Shown: piece by piece, positions 56,007-64,000 of the stretch | How the letters are laid out: every line of letters starts with the position of its first letter | Numbering within the stretch: position 1 is the first letter of the stretch | Origin: Dehalococcoidia bacterium | Lineage (GTDB): Bacteria > Chloroflexota > Dehalococcoidia > Dehalococcoidales > Fen-1064 | Assembly: GCA_011171075.1 (NCBI GenBank) | Contig: DUFD01000008.1 | Location: 10,148 to 74,147, forward strand | DNA length: 64,000 nt | Direction of reading: 5' to 3' | Translations under genes and position numbers: made by a program | The notes under the pieces: generated by a model | Seen by the model: only the letters and a program-made list of their open reading frames with translations | Database searches by the model: none | Told to the model about the DNA's origin: nothing

Positions 56007-57450
56007 AACACGTTTTGCCCCTAGTCCTACCGGCGCACTTCACGTTGGTAGTATCCGTACCGCCCTGTTTGCCTGGCTCTTTGCCCGGCACAATTCTGGC
56101 AGCTTCATTCTCCGCATTGAGGATACTGATGTCGCCCGTAAGGTAGAGGGTGCCGTCGAATCCATCCTCGAAAGCCTGCGCTGGGTTGGACTCGACTGGG
56201 ATGAAGGCCCGGAGGTGGGTGGTGACTACGGCCCCTATATCCAGTCACAGCGCCTGGGGTTTTACCAGGAAGCGGCACGGCTTCTGGTGGAGCAGGGCGA
56301 TGCCTATTACTGCTATTGCTCACCGGAGCGCCTCGAAGAGTTGCGGGCGGAGCAGGTAAAGCGTAAACAACCGCCCGGCTACGACCGCCGCTGTCGTGAC
56401 CTGAGCGAGGAGGAGAGGAAAGAGAAGGAAGATGAGGGCATAACCCCGGTGGTCCGTTTGAAGACTCCCCTTACCGGCCGGACCGGATTCCACGATATCA
56501 TCTGGGGTGATGTGGCCTTTAGTAACAGCATCCTTGAAGACCTGGTGCTGCTCAAGTCGGACGGCTACCCGACCTACCACCTGGCCAATATTGTTGATGA
56601 CCATGAGATGAAGATTACTCACGTGCTCCGGGCGGAGGAGTGGCTGTCGAGCACCCCTTACCACTTTCTCCTGTACAAGGCGATGGACTACCAGCCGCCG
56701 GAGTTCGCCCATCTGCCGATGCTCTTGGGGAGCGACCGTTCCAAACTTGGTAAGCGCCACGGCTCGGTATCAATAACCGATTTTCGGGAGCAGGGTTATC
56801 TCCCGGAGGCAATCGTCAACTTCCTCGCCCTCCTTGGCTGGTCGCTTGATGACAAGACAGAACTCATGACGCGGCAGGAGCTTATTGCCAACTTCTCCTT
56901 GGAGCGGGTCAGCAAGACGGCAGCTATCTTTAATCAAGAAAAGCTCGACTGGATGAACGGCGTCTATATTCGCAGCCTTGAGCCAGAGGACTTCCTGCAG
57001 CGCTCGCTCTCGTTTCTGGAGAGAGACCTGCCGCCGGACATGCCGCGCCCTCTATCGGTTGACTACGTTCGGCAGATTATGCCCCTTGTGCAGGAACGGG
57101 TGAAAACACTGGCCGGAATCCCTGAGTTGACCCGGTTCTTCTTTACAGACCGGCTTGAATATGAGACCGATTCACTGATTACCAGAGACATGACGGCGGA
57201 TTCAACCCGTCATGCCCTGGGGGTGGCACGGCAGCGACTGGCCGACTTGCCTACCTTTGATGCCCAGTCTCTGGAAGGGACGTTACGGCCGCTGGCGGTG
57301 GAATTGAGGCTTAGGGCAGGACAGCTTTTCGGCACTTTGAGGACGGCCGTTACCGGACAGACGGTGGCCCCGCCCCTTTTCAAGACAATGGAGATACTCG
57401 GCAGGGAGACCTGTCTGGAGCGTATCGACCGGGTGCTGGAGAAACTATAA
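55990..57450 (+). CDS. gltX: Glutamate--tRNA ligase
   Basis: [27 protein letters not shown] (HIGH-type motif) and KLGKRHG (KMSKS-type motif). I prefer the ATG at 55990 over 55972. Confidence 0.95.
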   Translation: [486 protein letters not shown]

Positions 57451-57472
57451 GACTGGTCGGGATTTGTGAGGC

Positions 57473-58495
57473 GTGGAGACGGAGCGGTCGTTGTCTGAAC
57501 CGGGATACGTTGCCCTTTACCATTCGGGTGAACTGAAACGCCGTGCCGATGCCCTGGAGACCCGTCTGGCCTCGTGCGATATCTGTCCTAGAGAGTGCCG
57601 TGTTAATCGGCTCAATGGTGAGCGTGGCTTCTGTCGTTCCGGCTATCTGCCGGTGGTAGCGACCGTATGCAGTCACCTCGGCGAGGAACCGGCTATTTCC
57701 GGCACACGTGGTTCGGGGACGGTATTCTTCGGCAACTGCAACCTGAGGTGTGCTTACTGCCAGAACCACCAGATTAGCCAGCCGCGTAAAAAGAAGCCCT
57801 TTACCGAAATGGATTTCCACACTCTGGCCGAGCGTATTATCTACCTCCAGGATGAAATGGGCTGCCATAATATCAATTTTGTGTCACCGTCGCACCTTAT
57901 CCCCCAGCTTGTACGTACTGTACTTGAGGCCGTACCGCTGGGACTGCGCCTGCCCCTGGTATACAATACCAGCAGCTATGATTCCCTCGCCTCGCTGGGA
58001 GAGCTTGGCGGCGTTATAGATGTCTACCTGGCGGACCTGAGGTATGCCTCGGACAGGTGGGCGCGGAAATATTCGAGGGCACGAGGCTATGTCGGACATG
58101 CCCGTGCCGCCATCCAAGAGATGTATCAGCAGGTGGGAGAGCTTGTCGTGGACGAGGCCGGGCTGGCCCGGAAGGGGCTGATTGTGCGTCACCTGGTGTT
58201 ACCGAACGGCCTGGCCGGAAGTGAGGAATCGCTAACCTGGCTGGTCGATGAGGTCTCCCCGACGGTCACGGTGAGCATCATGTCGCAGTACTATCCGGTT
58301 CACCGGGCCTTGCGAATTCCCGCCCTCTCACGAAAGATAACCACCGCTGAGTATTCGGAGGTCATTGCTCTGGTAGAGCGGCTCGGACTGGAAAACGGCT
58401 GGGTCCAGGAGATGGAGTCATCGGACAGCTATCTGCCCGACTTTGCGCGTGATGGCCATCCCTTCTCTTCACCTGTTGACCCGGCTCGTACATGA
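57473..58495 (+). CDS. Radical SAM protein, PflX-like (pyruvate formate-lyase activase homologue)
   Basis: 340 aa. GNCNLRCAYCQN (CxxxCxxC). The N-terminus ...LASCDICPRECRVNRLNGERGFCRSG is typical of this family. Confidence 0.8.
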   Translation: METERSLSEPGYVALYHSGELKRRADALETRLASCDICPRECRVNRLNGERGFCRSGYLPVVATVCSHLGEEPAISGTRGSGTVFFGNCNLRCAYCQNHQISQPRKKKPFTEMDFHTLAERIIYLQDEMGCHNINFVSPSHLIPQLVRTVLEAVPLGLRLPLVYNTSSYDSLASLGELGGVIDVYLADLRYASDRWARKYSRARGYVGHARAAIQEMYQQVGELVVDEAGLARKGLIVRHLVLPNGLAGSEESLTWLVDEVSPTVTVSIMSQYYPVHRALRIPALSRKITTAEYSEVIALVERLGLENGWVQEMESSDSYLPDFARDGHPFSSPVDPART

Positions 58496-58627
58496 ACATC
58501 TGATTTCTATCCTAGTTGCCAATCCGTCTTCGGTTGCCTAATGACGGATAGTATTGCTAGTATAATCATGATAGTCGACATCGCTCTGAAAAGCTGAGTG
58601 TTTAGCGTGCCAAGGAGGGTTAGGGCA

Positions 58628-59272
58628 ATGAAGGGTAAAATAGGTGCTTCACTACGATGGGTGGGCAGAAAGCTCAGGGCGTATTTTCTGGCAGGCATTC
58701 TTGTCACGGTGCCGTTAGGTCTTACCGTGTGGATTCTCCTCTGGATTTTTAACGGCATTGATGGTTTTCTGCAACCAATCGTTGAGAGAATATTTGGACA
58801 CAACATCCCGGGCGTAGGCTTTGGGGTAACTGTGGTACTGATTTTCATTGTAGGGGTAGTTGCCAGCAACGTGCTGGGGCGCAGGTTTCTTCGCTATGGC
58901 GAGTCTTTGCTAAACAGGTTGCCAGTAGCCAGATACCTCTACAATGGTATCCGGCAGATAATGCAGGCCTTTGCCGCGCCTGACAAGACCGGTTTCATGC
59001 AGGTGGTGCTGGTGGAGTTCCCCAGGAAGGGTACCCGAACACTTGGTTTTATCACCAACGAAACGCCGGATGAGTCTGGTAAGAAGCTACTTAATATCTT
59101 CATACCCACTTCTCCAAATCCGACCTCAGGATTCCTGCAGATAATCGAAGAAGACCAGATAATACGGACTAACCTTTCGGTTGATGATGCCCTGAAGATG
59201 GTTGTCTCCGGCGGTCGGGTGTCACCCCGGGAGGTCAGTGATACACTGTTTACCAGCAGATGGGATTCGTAG
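58628..59272 (+). CDS. DUF502 family membrane protein
   Basis: MKGKIGASLRWVGRKLRAYFLAGILVTVPLGLTVWILLWIF... The ATG at 58628 follows AGGAGGG. Confidence 0.75.
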   Translation: MKGKIGASLRWVGRKLRAYFLAGILVTVPLGLTVWILLWIFNGIDGFLQPIVERIFGHNIPGVGFGVTVVLIFIVGVVASNVLGRRFLRYGESLLNRLPVARYLYNGIRQIMQAFAAPDKTGFMQVVLVEFPRKGTRTLGFITNETPDESGKKLLNIFIPTSPNPTSGFLQIIEEDQIIRTNLSVDDALKMVVSGGRVSPREVSDTLFTSRWDS

Positions 59273-59296
59273 GTTGAGGGTTGCTGTGAGGTGACG

Positions 59297-59410
59297 CTAT
59301 TTCCTCTTACGCTTGACGAAATTAAAGCGGATTTTCAGGCCGTTACGCTTGTCTTTCTTGTTTACGTTCTCGATAAAGGTTTTCAGGTCCAGGTTCTTTT
59401 TGTCGGTCAT
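59297..59410 (-). CDS. Candidate 37-aa lysine-rich small protein (speculative; below the ORF-track cutoff)
   Basis: Hand translation: MTDKKNLDLKTFIENVNKKDKRNGLKIRFNFVKRKRK-stop. It sits in an otherwise empty 350-bp intergenic region. The SD is weak. Confidence 0.2.
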   Translation of the reverse strand: MTDKKNLDLKTFIENVNKKDKRNGLKIRFNFVKRKRK

Positions 59411-59625
59411 TGGTGAAGATTTTTCCTTCTGTGTTAACTCCAGTCTCAATTGTAACATATGGTCGGCTATAAGGCCAGCACATGTTTGTGGTATGATTGT
59501 GTAAGCGTCTCATCACTATGGGGCCTTCCTTCGTGTGTTGTGGTTGGTGGTGGGTGGAGTAAGGGACTGCGCATCATTTCTTCACTTAGTGCATATGGTA
59601 GTTAACTTTTCTTGGATGATAGCAG

Positions 59626-60885
59626 ATGGCGGTTAATCCTGAGGACTATTCAAGACCGAAGCGAGACCGGTTTGTTGCTTTTGTTTCACTGAGGAACCGT
59701 AACTTCCGCCTTTATGCCATCGGTTCGCTGATTGCCACCATGGCGTTGCAGATGCAGACGCTCGCTCAGAACTATCTAGTCTATGACTTAACTGACCAGG
59801 CAACAGCGATAGGCTATGTTAGCCTTGCCCTTGGTGTGGCTATCCTTTTCTGTTCCCTTGCCGGGGGCGTCGCCGCCGACCGCCTGCCAAAGCGGAACCT
59901 GCTGATGGCCGGTCGACTCGGCATCGGTCTTTTCGCGCTGTTTATCGGCGTGATGATTTCAACCGGGCTTATTGCAGTATGGCAAATCGTGGTTGCTTCC
60001 CTGGCTACAGGCATTATTGCCGGCTTCACCATGCCGGCGCAGCAGTCCTATGTTCCTGACCTCGTCGGTGAGAAGAACCTGATGAACGCCCTGGCATTGA
60101 GCTCAGGGATAATGAATATCACCCGTATTGGCGGCCCGGCACTGGCAGGTATACTTATTGCCGCCTTTGATGTGGGGCCAGTGTATTATATAAAATTCTT
60201 TGCCTATTGCATCTTCGCAGTAATCCTTCTTTTTATTCCGATTACGGGAAAGGCCGTAGCATCTGCGCAGACTGCTAACTCCCCGATGAAAGACGCCCTG
60301 GACGGATTTCGTTATCTGCGCGGTGAGCGCACACTGCTGTCGCTGTTGATTGTCGGTTTGCTCCCGGTCATCCTGGCAATGCCTTACGTCAATTTTCTGC
60401 CGGTATTCCAGAAGGAGGTTTTTCAGGTTGGTGAGGCGGAGTTGGGACTGATGATGTCGATGGTGGGCGGAGGAGCTGTCGCCGGCGCCTTGCTCGTTGC
60501 CTCGCTTACCGATTATAAGTATAAAGGGCGTGTCCTCGTTATTTCAGGGTTGGGTTTTGGGGTAACGCTGACGCTTTTAGGAGTGGTTGCCGGTCCTGAA
60601 ACATTCGTCCTTTCACTGGTGGTACTGGTATTTACGGGGGCATTCGGGACTGCCTTTATGGCGCTCAACCAGGCCTTGATGCTGACAATCACGCCGCCCG
60701 AGATGCGCGGCCGTGTGGCCGGTCTGTTCATGATGACCTTTGGCCTCCAGCCATTTGGTGCCATGCCTATCGGTATCCTTATCGATGCCGCCGGTGCTCC
60801 GCCGGTAATTGCTTGTTTCGGGGGGGCTACTCTTCTGTTTTTCATCATAGTGACAATCTTCATGCCACGAATCAGGGGTCTCTAG
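59626..60885 (+). CDS. MFS transporter
   Basis: 419 aa with about 12 predicted TM segments. An MFS-type loop motif (GGVAADRLPKRN) lies between TM2 and TM3. Confidence 0.85.
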   Translation: MAVNPEDYSRPKRDRFVAFVSLRNRNFRLYAIGSLIATMALQMQTLAQNYLVYDLTDQATAIGYVSLALGVAILFCSLAGGVAADRLPKRNLLMAGRLGIGLFALFIGVMISTGLIAVWQIVVASLATGIIAGFTMPAQQSYVPDLVGEKNLMNALALSSGIMNITRIGGPALAGILIAAFDVGPVYYIKFFAYCIFAVILLFIPITGKAVASAQTANSPMKDALDGFRYLRGERTLLSLLIVGLLPVILAMPYVNFLPVFQKEVFQVGEAELGLMMSMVGGGAVAGALLVASLTDYKYKGRVLVISGLGFGVTLTLLGVVAGPETFVLSLVVLVFTGAFGTAFMALNQALMLTITPPEMRGRVAGLFMMTFGLQPFGAMPIGILIDAAGAPPVIACFGGATLLFFIIVTIFMPRIRGL

Positions 60886-60939
60886 TTCAGGCTTCCCCAG
60901 AAGAATTCGTGTTCGGAGAGGCGTGGGTAAGTCCGGATA

Positions 60940-61761
60940 TTATCTGAGGGGCTGGCATCCCGGGCAGTAGTAGGTGCCACGATTTCTCACCACCACCCGC
61001 TCTATGGGACCACCGCAGACAGAGCAGGTCTCGCCCCCCAGGCCATGGGCTACCTTGAATTCGTAGTGCGCCGAGCCTTCAGAGCCGTCGGGGCGGAAGT
61101 AGGTATCCACGCTGGCACCCTTGTTCTCGATGGCTGCCCATAGTATCCGGCGGATTTCATGGTGGAGGCGCTTTATCTCAGGTCGGGTAAGGCTACCGCC
61201 CGGTCGCCACGGGTTTATTTTGGCGGCGTACAGGACTTCATCGGCGTACATATTACCGACCCCGGCAATGAACTTCTGGTCCAGCAGCAGGGCCTTTATC
61301 GGTGCGGTTCGATTGGTCAGTCGCTTTGCCAGTAGCTGGGGTGTGAAAGATTCCTCCAGCGGCTCCGGACCGAGCTTTTCCCTGATGGCTGCGGTATCCT
61401 TGACCAGGCGCATGATGCCGAACTTACGCGGGTCACGGAAGTAAATGCTGGTGGCGTTGTCCAGGTGGATGATAGCCCGGATAAACTTCACCGGCTCTGG
61501 CGATTCGTAGCTGATAATCAGCGAACCGGTCATCTTCAGGTGAATCAACAGGAAATCCTTGTTGCTAAGGTGAAAAAAGAGGTACTTGCCGTGTCTGGTT
61601 ATGGCGGTAATCTCCTGTCCGACGGTTCTGGAGCAGAACTCATCGAGCGGAAGCTCTTTGACTATCCCCTCCCACACCAGCGTCATGCCGGTAATACGCC
61701 GACCAACGATGAGGGGGAACAGTTCGTTCTTTACCGTCTCAACTTCAGGGAGCTCGGGCAT
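60940..61761 (-). CDS. mutM: Formamidopyrimidine-DNA glycosylase
   Basis: The start at 61761 gives MPELPEVETV (catalytic Pro2). H2TH region and a C-terminal zinc finger, CSVCGGPIERVVVRNRGTYYCPGCQ. Confidence 0.92.
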   Translation of the reverse strand: MPELPEVETVKNELFPLIVGRRITGMTLVWEGIVKELPLDEFCSRTVGQEITAITRHGKYLFFHLSNKDFLLIHLKMTGSLIISYESPEPVKFIRAIIHLDNATSIYFRDPRKFGIMRLVKDTAAIREKLGPEPLEESFTPQLLAKRLTNRTAPIKALLLDQKFIAGVGNMYADEVLYAAKINPWRPGGSLTRPEIKRLHHEIRRILWAAIENKGASVDTYFRPDGSEGSAHYEFKVAHGLGGETCSVCGGPIERVVVRNRGTYYCPGCQPLR

Positions 61762-62398
61762 TTGCCACCTCGGACTCAGTCTGGTCACCTCTGGCATAGT
61801 GGTTATATACGAAGATACCAGGAGCAAGTATCAGTCCAGTGAGAAAAAAACTGCCAAGAACATCGCTGGGCCAGTGTGCCCCCACAAATACACGAGAAAT
61901 CCCCATGAGGAAAACAAACAGCACGCTCAGGGCTTGTATTATCCGGACAGCTACCGGCCATTTCAGCACTAGTGGTGCCAGAAAGAAGATGCAGCCACAT
62001 ATAGCCGTTGCGTACGTAGCGTGCCCGCTGGGGAAGCTGTTAACACCTATGTCAGTCGTACCGCAAGGACGGACACGGTCTACTAGGGCTTTTATCAGTT
62101 CGTTGGTAAGACCGGCAATGGCTGGCACGATGACGATAAACAAGGCCTCTCGTATACGGCGAAAGAGCAGGAGGCCAGTGGCCAGCACGGCGATGGTAAT
62201 ACTGACGGGGACGGCGCCGCCAAGGAACGAGACCCCTTCCATCAACTGGGTGAAAAAGGGTGAATCAATCTCCTGCACCCAGAGGCTGACCGTAGTATCA
62301 CCGGGGAAAGTAGCGAACTCATGTGCCAGATAGCACAGTGCGCAAAATACAATGAAAAAGAAAATATAAATACCAAGATAAAGTCGTCTCACTAACAC
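61745..62398 (-). CDS. PAP2 family phosphatase (undecaprenyl-diphosphatase / phosphatidic acid phosphatase type)
   Basis: 217 aa membrane protein. PAP2 motifs KALVDRVRP, SFPSGHA and SRVFVGAHWPSDV. Confidence 0.8.
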   Translation of the reverse strand: MLVRRLYLGIYIFFFIVFCALCYLAHEFATFPGDTTVSLWVQEIDSPFFTQLMEGVSFLGGAVPVSITIAVLATGLLLFRRIREALFIVIVPAIAGLTNELIKALVDRVRPCGTTDIGVNSFPSGHATYATAICGCIFFLAPLVLKWPVAVRIIQALSVLFVFLMGISRVFVGAHWPSDVLGSFFLTGLILAPGIFVYNHYARGDQTESEVANARAP

Positions 62399-62406
62399 TT
62401 CCGCAG

Positions 62407-64000
62407 TTATTCCATCTCTCCCCAGTTATTGCCGGTCTTGGTATCCACCTTGAGGGGAATGCTGAGTTCGAGGGCTGTAGACATGAGGTGAGGAACGAGT
62501 TCATTCATGTCGGTGGTCTCCTCCTGAGGTACTTCGAAAACAAGCTCGTCGTGTACCTGGAGCAGCATTTTGCTCTTCAGGTGGCGCTGATTCATCTCTC
62601 GGTACAGGTTTATCATGGCTACCTTAATAATATCCGCGGATGTGCCCTGCACCGGCATATTGATGGCCATCCGCTCCGCAGCCTCTCTTACCTGGCGATT
62701 CGAGGAGTTTATTTCAGCGATGGTACGCTTCCTGCCGAGCAGTGTCTGGACACAGCCGGTTTCCCGGGCTTTCTGTTTGGTGGACTCCAGATATTGCTTG
62801 ACCCCGGGATATTTCTCAAAGTATGCATCGATAAATTTTGCCGCCTCCTCGCGGGAAAATTCGGTCGCCTGCTCCAGTCCGTACTCGCTCATCCCGTAGA
62901 TGACGCCGAAGTTGACTGTCTTAGCCAGACGACGCATGTCGGCGGTGACCTCAGAGGTGGTGACCCCGAAGAGCTGGGATGCCGTGGCTGCGTGGATATC
63001 TTCATCATGCTGGAAGGCATCGAGCAGGTTCTTGTCCTGTGACAGGTGGGCGAGGACCCGGAGGTCAATCTGTGAGTAGTCGGCGCCGAAGAGACGGGAA
63101 CCGGATGGAGCGATAAAGGCCTGCCTTATCTGTTTTCCCTGCTCGCCCCTGATGGGAATGTTCTGGAGATTGGGGTCGCTTGAAGAGAGCCGTCCGGTGG
63201 CCGTTCTTGTCTGGTTGAAACTGGTATGGACTCGTCCGGTCTTTGAATTGACCAGTTCGGGCAGGGAGTCAATATAGGTCGATTTCAGCTTGGATAGCTG
63301 ACGGTAATCGAGAATGTAGCCCGCTACCGGATGGACTTCACGGAGTGCTTCCAGTACCGGTGCTGCTGTAGAGTAGCTGCCCTTTTTCCTGGTCCCGGGC
63401 AGTTGCAGCTCCTCGAAGAGGACAGACCCCAGCTGCCGCGGCGAGTTGATGTTAAACTGGTGCCCGACGCTGTTATAAATCTCCTTCTCCAGTTCGCGTA
63501 GCTGCTCCCCCAGCCGCAGGGACATTTGGTTCAGTAACTTTGTGTCAAGGGAGATGCCACTCCTTTCCATGTGGACCAGTACCGGCACCAGCGGCATTTC
63601 GACATCGGTGAAGAGTTGCCACAGTCCTTCGCGGTGCAACTCCGGCTGCAGGATGTCGTTCAGCCGCCCGGTGATGTCGGCGTCGGCGCAGGCATATTCC
63701 GCCGCCTGCTCTATAGGTACCTGGGACATCGAGATTTGCCTGGCGCCCTTACCGATGAGGTCGGTTATCGGCGTCATCTCGACACCGAGACGCTGGAAGG
63801 CAAGAGCCTTGAGACCAAGTGACTTTTCGCTGAGCAGATAGGCGGCAATCATCGTGTCGGCTGCCAGGTTGTTAACGGTGACACCACTCTCGGCCAGTAT
63901 CGTCATGTCGAATTTGCCATTGTGGGCAATCTTTGGCATGGACGTATCTTCGAAGAGCGGGCGAAGACGGTCGAGGACCTGCTCCAGCGGTAGCTGCTCT
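62407..64000 (-). CDS. polA: DNA polymerase I, N-terminally truncated by the window end
   Basis: The frame stays open to nt 64000 (...LEQVLDRLRPLFEDTSMPKIAHNGKFD..., the 3'-5' exonuclease-like domain). Polymerase motifs DYSQIDLRVLAH, ...RRLAKTVNFGVIYG..., and QVHDELVFE. Confidence 0.95.
   Translation of the reverse strand, partial: EQLPLEQVLDRLRPLFEDTSMPKIAHNGKFDMTILAESGVTVNNLAADTMIAAYLLSEKSLGLKALAFQRLGVEMTPITDLIGKGARQISMSQVPIEQAAEYACADADITGRLNDILQPELHREGLWQLFTDVEMPLVPVLVHMERSGISLDTKLLNQMSLRLGEQLRELEKEIYNSVGHQFNINSPRQLGSVLFEELQLPGTRKKGSYSTAAPVLEALREVHPVAGYILDYRQLSKLKSTYIDSLPELVNSKTGRVHTSFNQTRTATGRLSSSDPNLQNIPIRGEQGKQIRQAFIAPSGSRLFGADYSQIDLRVLAHLSQDKNLLDAFQHDEDIHAATASQLFGVTTSEVTADMRRLAKTVNFGVIYGMSEYGLEQATEFSREEAAKFIDAYFEKYPGVKQYLESTKQKARETGCVQTLLGRKRTIAEINSSNRQVREAAERMAINMPVQGTSADIIKVAMINLYREMNQRHLKSKMLLQVHDELVFEVPQEETTDMNELVPHLMSTALELSIPLKVDTKTGNNWGEME

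Overview
This 64 kb window is a gene-dense bacterial chromosomal region around dnaA, made up almost entirely of core housekeeping genes. They include gyrA, lysC, fmt, dnaA, obg, nadD, gyrB, hisS, rel, rpsT, plsY, ilvE, rplY, dinB, comEA-comEC, a Trk K+ uptake cluster, two ABC-2 exporter loci, recN, lspA, rluD, gltX, mutM and polA, plus one tRNA-Pro(CGG). An archaeal-type PurO, an apgM-like enzyme next to lysC and AGGAGG Shine-Dalgarno sites suggest a Chloroflexota or Dehalococcoidia-like genome. That assignment is inference only. I saw no rRNA, CRISPR array, transposase, integrase or recognisable defence system, and I cannot point to a clear new multi-gene system. The strongest single observation is a stand-alone amidotransferase related to the CTP synthase C-terminal domain (54622..55368). 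Its only in-frame stop is a TGA exactly at the catalytic cysteine position, and a SECIS-like hairpin lies 12 nt downstream, so it is a candidate selenoprotein; a point-mutated pseudogene is the alternative. Other items worth a second look:
- an AT-rich insert encoding a cohesin-like surface protein with 11 consecutive Tyr/Leu heptads
- a comEA whose membrane anchor is only encoded if translation starts at an AUC behind a perfect SD
- a translationally coupled pair of PAC2 (proteasome-assembly-chaperone-like) paralogues
- an orphan promoter-to-terminator unit between gyrB and a methyltransferase
- a Trk cluster with three different RCK regulators and a very basic upstream ORF
- several strong palindromic hairpins in intergenic regions
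All composition statements are by eye, and no database searches were run.
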